Assembly (NCBI GenBank): GCA_021613535.1
Contig: CP075492.1
Span: 8,308,001-8,372,000 of the forward strand
Direction of reading: 5' to 3'
Origin: Adineta vaga
Lineage: Eukaryota; Animalia; Rotifera
Length of the DNA: 64,000 nucleotides
A model generated the notes under the pieces. The model worked only from the letters and a program-made list of their open reading frames with translations, had not been told where the DNA came from and ran no database searches. Below, in pieces: positions 26,087 through 39,092 of this stretch (the stretch's first letter is position 1; every line of letters begins with the position of its first letter). Position numbers and translations under genes: made by a program.

Positions 26087-28641
26087 ACTTTTTGTATGGA
26101 AATAGAAGATGCTAAATTTAGTTGTTCTGTTTTTTAGTTACAATGTAATCTGGAAAAAACGAGATTTTTTTGCCGGAAAGAAAAAGTTTTATTAATGATG
26201 ATTAAATAATCACCTGCTATTCTTCTGAAAGAAAAGAATGCCATTGTATATAAAAAGTCTTTTTTTAACATCGTCATTAACTAATTGATTATGAACTAAT
26301 GAGTAGTTAGTAGTAAAATTGTTGTGTTTATTGAATTTACGTCTTTGTGTATTACATGAGTGATTCAAATCATATATATTTCACTTATTCTCTAATGATT
26401 CAACGATGGTTGAATACTAGACTGTACTTGATATTCATTGTTCTACAATCATTCATGTTCATGTATAGAATTGGAAAAAAAAGAAGTTATCATGCATGTT
26501 AAATGTTTAAGTGTATTACTGATTCATTCTTGGATGACGATGACTCAAGAGTAGAGTGGAAGAAATGAATTTATGTATTATATACATCGAGATATTTCAA
26601 AGACACTTTTGTTTGTATTAACAACTACTAGATTTAATTGATTAATGTAGTCTGTCAAGTACGTCTAATCAGTGTCTTTGTAGACAAGGTTTAAGCGTCA
26701 GTTATATTGACATTTATTTTAAGCACTTCTGATGTAAGATATATAAACAAAGATTGAATTTGTTTCGTGTATATTACTAAGCAATTCCATACGGATATCG
26801 TGACACTAGCAGAAATGGCATTAAGTAGAGGTAAGTATTTACATATCTTTCGAGTGGATAATAGGTCATATATATTGCATACATCGTAGAAATCTTCCTT
26901 CTCCTTTGAAGTTCTGTTCAGTGAATATATTCCTGACTAAAATGTAATCTCTCTCATTGTTTCAGGGATTAACTAATATATTGAATATAAAATTAGAGAC
27001 TGTATTAGACTCAAAAGATAATTTCGTTGTCTTAAGAAAAAAAAACATTTGCGTATCAGTTTCTTCTTCATATAAGAGTTTTACTTTATATTTAGTTCAT
27101 TTCTTATTTTAATACATGAGAAAAAAAGTCAAACGTTTGTTGTTTGTATACTTACAAAAAATTATTTTCCATACTTGAGTTCCACTAGACCATAAGATTT
27201 TGAATCATTTTTAGAAGAAAAAGAACTCTTCAAATTATTTGATGATCGCTAAGTATTCTTATCTTTAATAGTAATAGAATTTCATGATGAAGGCAATCAT
27301 TATTGATTCACATTTTTACTATTATACTGACTCAAGGTTAAAGAATACATTACCATTGAAGTTCGACTATATCAGATGCCTTTATCAATGATAAAATCGA
27401 ATCTGATAAGATCGATTATCGTTTCAGTTAAAGATTTGTTCATATGATAATCGCATTACAATAACGGAAAACACTATTTTCAACTAATTTTCGTCAAAGA
27501 TGTACTATTTAACGTGAACAAACGAAATCTGTTCTATTAGATATTGATAATTTCAATTTAGTGACTTTTCTTGACTTGTTGTATGAGCATTGCAATATTC
27601 CTCCTGTTGTTGATGTTGTTCTCCTGAGATTTTTTTTCTTTATACAAGAGTAGTATGACCATCGTTTCCAATCTTAATCGAGAGATTCTTTTTTTTTGGA
27701 GAAGAGACGAACGTCTTTTAAGTGTTCAGCTCATTTCGTATTCAGATGTACATCTAATAAGATTTATCATCGATCAAATTATCACACATTTCTCAACAAA
27801 TATATAATTAAATCAACCTTTACTCTTTTATATTGAACGATAAAATAGAATTATTCCGATTCTTTATTGCCCGAAGCTAAATACTTTCCTTCTTTTCTTT
27901 GTTTGTCTTTTATAATTTTCACTTCTTCAGGCATGGGTTCTCTCTGCCTCGTTTTCCTTGTATCTTTAAAGCTTCGGAATACATTGGAGAACAACTGTCT
28001 TTCTCTGGACTATTTCTTCTTGTTCAATAATGATTCTTTGCATTTCTGTTCTATTCGTCGATCATCGGAAGTGAAAAATTAGAAAAAGAAAAGAATAGAA
28101 AAGAATAAGTTATTTCCGCTTGTTCATCAATCTATTGATCATTGAATGTTGCTCAAGACATCCTTCTTATGTGTGCGTTTTCTTTATGTATGTATGTGCG
28201 TGTAGCGAGGTCATTTAGAATAGGGAGAACATTTTCTGGGAATCGAACTTCACTTGATAGGCTTTGATGTCATGATTGTATATTCTGGAGGATGGAACAA
28301 TAGATCCCTAAGAACAATTCCCGTTAAAGAGAAGCATTACAAGGTCTTTACAAGTTCCCTATATTAAAGAGCAGGAGGGAAAAAAGGAAAGGCATAATAC
28401 CGGGGAAAATGTTTGGAAGATCGCTAATGGTAGTGTTCAATAAGAAAGAGAGAAAGAGAGAATTAGCTAAAGTTATATAATCATTTGCACCGGTGCGATG
28501 CTAGAAAAAGAGAAAGAGAGAAAATGGCAATAGTAAAATCAACAACTTTTTTTTAGCTATGATTTACTCAGATAGAAAGAATGTCTGTATGAAAGAACAA
28601 ACGTAAATAATCATTGCATCGATATGGAAGATAGATGTTCG

Positions 28642-28642
<1 letters not shown>

Positions 28643-28672
<30 letters not shown>
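28643..28672. repeat. (GAT)n microsatellite
   Basis: About 10 tandem GAT units in intergenic DNA. Confidence 0.85.
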
Positions 28673-28673
<1 letters not shown>

Positions 28674-29569
28674 ATCAAATGAAACATTATTAAGTTGATA
28701 TTAAGAAGAAAACATAGGTAAGATCATATATACATCTATTCTGTTGATATACAAATGAAAAGAAATCATTATCTAGAGATGAATATTACATGTTATATTG
28801 ATGATGAAGAAGAAGAGAAAGAAAGTATGAATAGTTGTTCATTTGCGTTTCACAGATATATATGTATGATGTAACTAATGTGCATGATCATGTCTTTTAC
28901 CAGTCTCACTACGAGATGAATGACAGGCAAGTCAGCAGTCATTCAGAGAGACAGAGAGAGAGAGAGATGAGTAGAAATGAAATGATCCATCTGCATTTCT
29001 CAGTTGGTAATCTTTACTTCTGTTATATTCCAAGGACAACTCAATTCCATACTTGAGAATTTTCTCTATTAGATGAAAAGGAGAAGAAAAAAGTTTTTGT
29101 CCTTGTTAACTTTCATTTCACATATGAGTTAGTCAAATTTTTCTCTCTTTTAAACATGTAAGAACAAGCTAATTCTCTTGTTTTGTCTAATGCTGTGCTA
29201 TATTTGTTTAATGAAGCACATAACAGTGCTCATTGCTGTCTGATGTATATATGAGCACACGTGGAAAGAGAATCGATCATAGCTACTATTCTTAGTATTA
29301 TTATTATTATTTTAGCTTGATCTCATCATCAAATGTTTCTGTTTGACTAGTCAGATTAGACAAACAGTCATTCTTATCCATTTTTTTTGCTCCCCTCTTC
29401 TTCTTCTTCTTCTTCTTGCCTGATGGTGAACACTTGAACCATTGTGATTGTTTTATTTTGTTCATATTTTTTTAGGAATAAGAACGTGATGCATTTCCAC
29501 CAGATTAGGTGGATTTATCAACAAATACGAATATCGCATGTTGTCTAATCACTGCTTTCTCTTCAATTT

Positions 29570-30836
29570 ATGATCATTATCGTTGTCGTCGTCGTCGTCG
29601 ATTTTGGAGACAATACATCGTGTACTCCAGCAAAACAAATTCTTCTTTCCAATTGTTCATTTCAACATTCTCAAAATTCTTTACTAATGAATAAAACGAC
29701 GAACGATAATCGAACATTAACAATGATCATACCATATTCATTAGATCGAAATCAACAAGATGATTTCTTCGTAACAATTCTCACAAAAAATCAATCATTT
29801 ATACGTTTAAATTTAAATTTTATTCAATGTGAAAAGAAAAGTTCGTTATTAAATTGGACATCATTAGAATCGTCATCAACATTACAGGGTGAATTTCTTC
29901 GAGTATCGTCGATTCATCAAAGCACAATGTATTTACCATCGGGAAAGATTTATTTAAGAAATCTTTCAACAATTGATTGTTCAACAAAAACAATTTATCG
30001 TACGGATCCAAATCAATTATTTCAACTTGATTTACGTATTGAATCAACATTAAATGATTATTGTTTAGATGATACATCATGTTATCCTCAAGATACTTAT
30101 CAATGTGATCCAATTGAACAACATTGTATATGTCGACAACCTTTTCAACCATATTTGATTAAAGAACATCATTCGATATGTATTCAAGCTGTTGATATTC
30201 TAGATCGATGTCCTCGAAATAATCAACGATGTTTACCATGGTGTCATGAAAATAGTTCATCCACAGTATGTTTATGTCCAAAGAACTTTGCAATTAAAAA
30301 ATTTTCATATGATCATCGAGGTAAGAGAGAAAACTAATGATCTTTTTTACGCTTTCTTTTTCTTGTATATCTCTTCATTAGCCTATTGTGAAAGTCAAAT
30401 GGGTGGAATATGTAATGGATTTCTTCGATGTCCATTAGGAAATATCTGCGTACATGGTACTTGTCAAAAGATTAATAATGAATTCTATCAATCAATTTCA
30501 ATGAATATTGTTACAATTTCCATTCTTGTCTCATGTCTGATCATATTTATGATAAGTGCTATTTTGGGAATTGGTATATACATATTACGTCGTCAACGAT
30601 GGAAAAAACATTATCATTCACCAATTAGTTCTATTTGTGGCAAACAACATCCAATGACTCTGCCAGCCATAAGTGATTATGATAATGTGACCTATGAAGC
30701 TTTTCGTGCTAATGTTCAACTTTCATCAAGTGATGATAATGATAGTTCACCAATGACGACATCAGATGAATGTTCATATGAACCAAAAATAGTTTATCTT
30801 GGCGGTGAACAACAATTAACAGCAATATTTGCCTGA
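29570..30836 (+). CDS. Single-pass membrane protein with Cys-rich (EGF/EB-like) modules, function unknown
   Basis: Exons 29570-30320 and 30382-30836 join in phase. Hydrophobic N-terminus, Cys modules (YQCDPIEQHCICRQP; CNGFLRCPLGNICVHGTC), TM ILVSCLIIFMISAILGIGIYIL followed by RRQRWKK. Confidence 0.72.
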
Positions 30837-31885
30837 AATCAAATAGGAAAAGTTCAGTTCCGTCTCTCTTTTCTTCTTTATGTTTTGTCCTTGAAATAAA
30901 TTATTTCATACTTTTTGTGTCTGATCAAACGAGCCTTTGAAAAAGATTAACAAAGAAATGAACTTGAATAATAGAAAAGATTACTAGCTAATAATGAGTA
31001 TTCAAGTATTTATTCTTTTAGAAGAATTTAGTTCTCATTTATTGAATATCTCAAAACAATTCTGTCACTTTTATCTTATATAAATCTTCTAATAGATATT
31101 AAAATAACTATGATGACCTTAACACGTATGAAAGTATTGAAAACCAAGAACATATTTTGAGAGAGTTGAACTTTTTAATAAATGTGCACTTAGGATCAAA
31201 TAAATAGATATAGACAGACTGTCATCAACACTTCTCAGATCCATTCAAGTGTCACTTTCTTCTTTTTTTCAAGGATTTAATGATATTTTCAAATGATTAT
31301 TATAAAAGAAAAAAAACAACAACTGATCTCTAGTAATAATGTTTACATAGATTATAATTATTTTCATTTAAAGAAATCGTTACGTTTTCTTTATACTCTA
31401 TCTATGAATCATCTCATTAATGTGAAAATAATATTTATTATGTTATGACATAGATTTGTCCTGGTGAAAGGAACAAGTGTCTTCAAAATCGGTCGAGGTA
31501 TAGTTGAAAACTTTCTCAGTTCGATCAGTTAATATGATAAATATTCGAACTATCTCTACTCTATTTACAGACAGAATGTCAATTATTTTGTATATAATTA
31601 CGAAAAACAATTCCTCGGTGAATATAATTTTTTAGAGACATTGCATGTGTTTCAAACAATTTCGTTAGAGTAAATTTTTGACAAGGAAAATCTTGTTTTT
31701 CTATACAATTATCGAAGAAACATAACGCAGTTTTTTACACTTTTTCTCTCCCACACGGAATAACATTTGTTCTATTATTTTGTTTTTTCTTCTTCTTCTT
31801 CTTTTCTCTTTCTAGAATCAAAACAACCATTCGACAGTTGGTTTCTTAATTGAATGAGAAGAATATCCGTACTGATATATTCAAA

Positions 31886-34325
31886 ATGAATATTACTAAT
31901 CATACAGATGATGACGATAGTGATTTTTCTTCTAAACTTGGATTTCTTCAAGGATTTATTTATATTCCGATTTTTTGTGCTGGAATTATCAATAATCTTT
32001 CTACTATTATAATTCTGTTATTAAATCGAGAAATGTATACTGTAACTAATTGTTATCTACTTAATTTAGCTATCAGTGATACGTTACCATTAATTGTCAG
32101 TTTACCATTTGAAATTACGGTAAAATTTTTTGATACGAAATTCTTTATTCTATTTCAATCGATCATAGTTCTTACCAATTAAACTTCCATGGAATGAATT
32201 TGTTTGTAAACTTCGAAGTCTTCTTGCTGAAACATCCACAAATGCATCAATTTTAACAATCAGGTAATAAAACAAAGAGAAATTTTCCTAATTCTATTCA
32301 TATTTGTTTTCAATTCAAAGTGCATTTACTATTGAACGTTATTTAGCTGTCTGTCGGCCATTGCATACATCCTATCATTCAACTAGACGACGTGCTATTA
32401 AAATTCAATTAATTATTTGGTTTATTGCTATCCTTTCTTCTATGCCTTATTTCTATTTCATAGAAAGAACCAATGATCATTGTGATTTCGATACCAATTT
32501 TCATTTTTCTGTTCAAATATGTTTTCATATATCAGCAACAATATTTTTCGTTTTACCGGCATTTATTCTCTGTATATTATATGCATTAATGGCACAGCGA
32601 TTGTATTCTGTTGGATTAATTAATCGAATACGATGGTCAAAATCTAGTACAACAGAATCATATTCATCACCGATATGTTTACAAAAAATCGAATATGATA
32701 ATCTAAATTTTCAATTGCAACGACATTCATCAATCTTTCGAAATACGAAACATTCTCGTTCGGCATCAATAAATCCAAGTCAATCAATGAAAAAATCAGC
32801 ATTTAAAATGCTTTGTAAGTACAAGAATTATTTAATCTAGTTAAAACGCGTGACTGAGAAGGTTTAGTTTATAAATGGGTACATATTTCTAATCCTTTGT
32901 TGTCATACTAGGAAATAGAATCTAGCTCTCATAGAGCTCTTAACGAAAACAAGTTGTGCTCCTTGAACAATATTGTTCTCCTTTTTTTTTGCTGTTGATT
33001 AATATTTGAAGGACAACATGTCATTGAAATCTTCTTGAAATAATGAGAAGATCGTATCCCTCATTAATTTTCTAATTAAAATTCTATTCTTTTCACTCTG
33101 AGACCACTTTTTGGAATAATAAACATTTATGTTGAATACTATGTCTGGAATGTGATATTTGTAACTATCAAACAATTAATATATAAATCGAGATAAATGG
33201 TTATCAGATAATAACAAGAAAAAGATCAGAATTCAAGACGTAGATCATTTGTTGTATATTGAAATGAATTACACGATAAAATGATCGTAATAATCTAGTT
33301 AGAATGCATACGATAATTGATTTTTTTATTGGATTCGAGAATGAATAGATACTTTGATCGTTAGAATTGTTCCTGTCAAGTATAGTTTTATGAGTGAACG
33401 ATACTTGATATTTCTAGAAATTTAGTATTTCTTTGTTCACTAACGTCTAACTTGACGGGTTTATTCTTCAATGCAGGAAAAATCATGAGTAATAAAAATA
33501 AGATTTCATTCATAACTACAAAATAAAAAGATCGTCTTCAAGACGCTTTTTCTATATCGTCTGAAGTGAGTACTACAACATAAACACAATGTGTCATTGT
33601 TGGAGAAACAGAGATTATAAACAAGAAATAATCATTACCATATTTAATAATACTTGAATATTCATAGAGGTTTTCCGTTAAATTTATTGTTAATAATTAT
33701 GTGAATAATAATGATAAAGTGAAAGTTATATATGATATGAATGATCTTATTTAAAAAAAAACGAAGAAGAGAATTTTTATTTGTCTGAAAGAAAGATTAT
33801 TATTCGAAACTATAATAATTTTCCTAATGCTTCAACTTCATTCTATATGTTTATACTTTTGATTAATATTTAGTTGCTGTCGTTATTGCCTTTATTATCT
33901 GCTATGCTCCATTTCATGTACAACGGTTAATAACAAGTAGTTTACATGTTCAACACCTTTCACGTCTTCAACGACGTGCTATAACGATCTTTTATTTTAT
34001 CAGTGGTATTCTTTATTATCTTGGTGCATCAATTAATCCAATCTTTTATCATTTGTATTCACGAAGATATCGAGAAGCATGTCGACGTACAATCAAACGT
34101 TTTATCTATTGTCAAGATCATCAGTATCATCAACATCATCATTATCATCGTCAGACTAAACGATGTCAACCTTTTGAACGTCTTGTTCTACATACCAACA
34201 ATCATTCGATACCATTATATAAAAATGACTCAATCAATCGATTAGAAAATAAATATCGAAGTTGTTTTGATCTAAGTAATAAGAAACAATGTGAATTAAG
34301 GCATTCATTACCAATAATGAAATAA
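31886..34325 (+). CDS. Rhodopsin-class neuropeptide GPCR, pyrokinin/CAPA/neuromedin-U receptor-like
   Basis: [94 protein letters not shown]. Four exons. Confidence 0.88.
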
Positions 34326-34424
34326 ATAACGTATAGATTTATAGAAATCATACGAGCTTTTTTTGTTGTTATTTTTATAATTTATTTTAAGAATAAAATT
34401 GAAATTAAAAATGAATAATTGATT

Positions 34425-35093
34425 TTAATTACCATAAGTGCTATTGACTGAAGCTGCATCATCGAAATCATCATCACCAGCTGTTGAATTTTTTCGTCGA
34501 GTATTGGAGGGTGGTGGAATATTTCTTCGACGAATAGGATCAAGTGTTGAATATGTATCTGTTCGATTTGATTGTTGATTCAATGGAATATTGCTATTTC
34601 TCCCTTCTCTATAATTTAAATTACCTTGATTTCGATTTCGTCGTGAAGAACCTGTATTTCTTGATGTATTTCCGTACTCTTCGGATTCATACGAACTTGC
34701 ATCACCACCATCATCATCATCATCATCATACTCATAATCATAATCGTAATCATCCATATCATCTCCATAGATATAATGACGATAGAAATCACCAATTGGC
34801 ATTGGTCCATCAAGTGTAACAACAGCAGCATCTTCATGAATAACATTAAATCGTTGTTTCGGTGGTCGATACCAATCAAATGGTGCATGACGATAACCTG
34901 GTAATTCACGTTCAACATGTCGAAATCGACCATACATTCGTGAATCACCTTCACTTGACATTGTCGTTGTCGAACACAAATTCATATAGTTTGGTGGACA
35001 AAACATAGGAGCAGCTTGAATTGGTACCATTGGTACGAACATCTGTGGTACAACTGGCATAAGCATTGGTTGAGAACTACAAATAGGTAACAT
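34425..35093 (-). CDS. Intronless 222-aa orphan, largely low-complexity/disordered protein
   Basis: Long open frame in AT-rich DNA with a Met/Pro-rich N-terminus, Asp/Tyr-rich centre and Arg/Asn/Ser-rich C-terminus. No domain recognised. Confidence 0.65.
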   Translation of the reverse strand: MLPICSSQPMLMPVVPQMFVPMVPIQAAPMFCPPNYMNLCSTTTMSSEGDSRMYGRFRHVERELPGYRHAPFDWYRPPKQRFNVIHEDAAVVTLDGPMPIGDFYRHYIYGDDMDDYDYDYEYDDDDDDGGDASSYESEEYGNTSRNTGSSRRNRNQGNLNYREGRNSNIPLNQQSNRTDTYSTLDPIRRRNIPPPSNTRRKNSTAGDDDFDDAASVNSTYGN

Positions 35094-35587
35094 TGAAATA
35101 ATTGCTACTCGTTTTTATTCTTGTTTGTTCATTGAAATATTACAAAGAATGAATCAAGAGCATAGAGAAAAAAAAATCATACATCAGAAGAAAGAGAATA
35201 ACTCATCCGTAACATGACATTCATATTTCATTTCATTTTTTTATATTATACAGAATCAATATCAGTACTTGATAATAAATGACGTTTACCAGGTTCATAT
35301 ATGTTCAATAGAAACAAAAGAAATATAGATTGAATAAAATTACTAGCGTGAATAGCACCTTGAAATATGACAAGAAAATCATTTTGTACTTAACATAAGA
35401 AGAATCTCTACCTGAAACATAACCAATCGAGCAAGAAATACCCTAATAGGAGGCATACGAAAAGTCTACAAGAATTCAATGATAATTATGATGAACAGAA
35501 GTAAAATCTTTTCAATCAAATGGAAAAATCATGTTAAAATAATAGGAAGAAAAGAATCTAGAAAACGAAAAATTTTTCATTTATTTT

Positions 35588-36140
35588 TCATTTAAAATGT
35601 CGTTGAAGCCAATCTCCACTAGGAATTTTTGTCCAAGTCTTATCGGAGATTTTCAATTTTGAAACATAAACATAGGCATATTTTATTCCATTATCCTTGA
35701 CTGATACTTCGACTATTTTTCGTTCATACTCATCACCTTCGATCATATCTGCCTGTATTATTTTCTCAGCAAATTCTTCTTTCGATGGCCAACTTAAAAG
35801 ACGAACAACAATCGTATCATTTGGATCGCCTAAGACGGTTAGTAAAAAGAGAGAATTATTCAAGAAAAGAAAGCAGCGCGTCATACCTGTATGAACAGCA
35901 AATGGATAGTTCATTTTTGGATGACCATAAAGTCGATATTCAGCAAGTTTTCCCGTAACAGCATGACTTATATTCTTGAAATAGATTCAAGATAAGTTAA
36001 AAAGTTTCATTTGAATGAAAATGAAAAGATACTTTAGTAAAATCTTTTGCCCATGGTGCATAGGAATCATTGTCATCTCGTAGAGTACCATATGTAGCTA
36101 AGAGTTGTATATCAGTAGGATTTTTTATGTTAGTCGACAT
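35588..36140 (-). CDS. Gamma-glutamylcyclotransferase/AIG2-like (YtfP-like) protein
   Basis: Three exons: LLATYGTLR...|...YRLYGHPKMNYPFAVHTG|DPNDTIVVRLL...ADMIEGDEYERKIVEV...AYVYV...KIPSGDWLQRHFK*. Confidence 0.85.
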
Positions 36141-37021
36141 GAAATAGGAATGAGTAAAAGTCAAATAAGAAACAGGTGTCAATTTTCTAAACATAATAAT
36201 ATAACTATCTTTTCGTTCGTCACGATGATAAAGTTGGTATTTTACGGAGAGATGAATGTTTTTGGATTTTTTTAATGCTAAACGACAACTTTATATATTT
36301 TGATGTGATTCTATATAATTTAATATTTTCATAATTCCTATTAGCAGAATACTTTTGTTAATCGGGTAGTTGTATATGTGCACAGAAATGTTACATTCTA
36401 TGAAAGTTAAATAAGAGAAACCGAATGATAAAACTTTTGAAAATTGAACTGTTTGTTTGTCTTGTGTTTTAACTTCAATAAAAAGCAATGAACTATCATG
36501 TAAATGAAGCATTTTAGCATCTCTTGCATATTATCAGACATTATTTGTTAGTAATTTAGAAAATAATGAAACTTTTCTGAGTAAACGGTTTTCTGTAGAA
36601 CTCATTGTCGTATTTTACCGAAAAATACTTCTACTACTACTACTACTACTGTGCTGTCTGTCACGTCATATTAATAGATTATTCATACATAGTATGTATC
36701 GAAAGAAATCATTGGCTATGTGTTACCAATGATTGCAATGAATAATAGAATTAAGAAATTAACTACTATAAAAGTTTGATTATGTTTATTTTATCAATCC
36801 CTTTCTTTTCTTATTAAAAATCGAGTCTAAAATATGATAATATTCCGAAACTATTAGTGTCCTCTATATGAATAAGAAAAAGTAAACGCATAGTGGTGGT
36901 CGAAATCCTTATTTTTCATCGTCGCTACTATCAAGGCTAATCATTTGTTTAGTTTTGATCAAATCATTTGTAGAATGTTATATATGTAGTATTGTGTTCG
37001 AATCTTTTCATCTAATTACAA

Positions 37022-38403
37022 ATGAATCGTGCATTACAAACAATATGTACTCGTTTACTTACCCGTCCTCTTCTTCCAGTTACAAATATGAATTTCATTC
37101 CATGTGCTGGAATTCGACATCACAAACTTACTGATCAAGAAATGAGATTACGATATAAAAAACTTCATTGGCATAAATTTTATGATGATAAATGGGTTCA
37201 ACGACGTGGAGGCGGGTTGGTCTGTTTAATTCGAATATATTTGAAATGACTAATTCTAATTTCTATTACATTTCTAGATGGGATGAAAAAATTACTCCAG
37301 AAAATCTTTCTTTCATGCAAGAAGTTGTTTACGATACATATAGTAATCAAGAAAGTCCATTAAAAGATGGTCCATGGAAACATGGCGACAACAAATCCTG
37401 AAACAATTCGCACTGGTGTCATTGGACTTAAATTAGGAACATTACCACAATGGGATAGAAAGGGTAACAAATTCTATGTTACATTAGTTCAAGTATGATT
37501 TAACGATAACAAATAAAAAAGAGATGTATTTTTTAATGAATACTTTAGATTATTGATAATCATGTTATTAATTATACTCCACCTGAGATGATTAATTTTC
37601 GAACATTATTTACTACTCGTCCATTACGTCGTGATTTACATGGTAAAGTTGGTATGATAGTTGTTGGTGCCTTATCGTCTGATCCTAGAAAATTTACTCG
37701 TGCATATAATGGTTTATTTGAACAAGCTGGTGTCCCACCTAAACGTAAACTTTCTCGCTTTTTTATTACACCGAATAGTGTAATTAAACCTGGTACACCT
37801 CTCTATGCAACTCATTTTCGTTGTGGAGATTATGTCGATGTTCAAGCACGTTCTATAGATTATGGTTTTCAGGTAAGAATATCATTTCCATTCTATAGAA
37901 AAATTCAATAGGAGGAATAAATTTTGCAGGGTGCTATGCGTCGATATGGTTTTCGCGGTGGTCCTAGTGATAAATATGGTGCAACCAAATTTCATCGTAA
38001 ACGTGGTACTGTTGGTTCTGGTCGTAAACATAAAATTCTACCTGGAACACGAATGCCTGGTTTTATGGGTAACAAATTAGTCATGATGAAAGGTTTAAAA
38101 GTTTGGCGAATAAATACAAAATACAATGTTCTCTATTTAATGGGTCCAGCGGTACCTGGACCTAATCATGGTTACATGCGTATACAAGATTCAACACTAT
38201 ATGAACGAAGACAAAAATTAACTAACGATGATCATCCACCATTTCCAACCTATTTTCCCGAAGATGGAAAAGTTTTACAAGAAGAAATATTTGCCGATGA
38301 TATTTATCGTTTTGATCAACCAACATTAACATTAGATGATGTACAAATATCTCCGTTAACAAGTCGTCGAACAGCAGCTAAAACTGCACAAAAGAAAAAA
38401 TGA
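37022..38403 (+). CDS. MRPL3: Mitochondrial ribosomal protein L3 (uL3m); apparent frameshift in exon 2
   Basis: Mitochondrial-presequence-like N-terminus, then WDEKITPEN...[93 protein letters not shown]. Confidence 0.9.
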
Positions 38404-38559
38404 GTTTTGTTTGATTTTATTTGTACAGAAGAGAGAAACTAGAATGTTGTACTACATAGAATCAGTTATTTTCTTTCATTCTATTAAGTTTGTTTGTTTG
38501 GTTTTCAGATCGAACAGATTTCTCTATCAACTTTCGTTCGATAATAATCTTCTTCTTCA

Positions 38560-38898
38560 ATGGCTAAACGAACTAAAAAAGTCGGTATTGTTGGAAAATA
38601 TGGCACACGGTAAATGAAACTATATTTCTTTTCAATAACAAAAAACAAATCTTTTTCTTATCTGATTAGTTATGGTGCGTCATTACGTAAAATGGTTAAA
38701 AAAATGGAAGTTACACAACATTCGAAATATACATGTTCGTTTTGTGGCAAAGACAACATGAAACGATCTTGTGTTGGCATTTGGAAATGTCGTTCATGTC
38801 AAAAGACAGTTGCCGGTGGTGCATATGTCTATTCAACATCAACAGCAGCTGCTGTTCGTTCAGCTGTACGTCGTTTACGTGATATGCGTGAACAATAA
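38560..38898 (+). CDS. RPL37A: 60S ribosomal protein L37a (eL43)
   Basis: Exons 38560-38609 and 38670-38898: [44 protein letters not shown]...GIWKCRSC...AGGAY. Confidence 0.97.
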
Positions 38899-39092
38899 AT
38901 ACATCATTTATTTAAATTTTGTTCGTTTTGATCACAATGAACAGTTTTGAGGAAAATAAGAAGAAAAATAAATAAAGTGTTGAAACATCACACCAAAAAA
39001 CGATTTTCATTTTCTTCACAAAGAATTTATATCAGATAATAACTCTTCTTGCTTACAAAACAAAGCTGTACATCACTATTTATGTAGTTTTT

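Noticed and set aside
26100-29450. 3.3-kb region with small ORFs (27867-28082, 28835-29056)
   Set aside because: Low-complexity intergenic or UTR-like DNA with no recognisable domain or RNA structure.
34544-34954. His-rich (+) and Met-rich (-) ORFs
   Set aside because: Alternative-frame readings of the GAT/CAT repeat encoding the poly-Asp tract of the 222-aa ORF.
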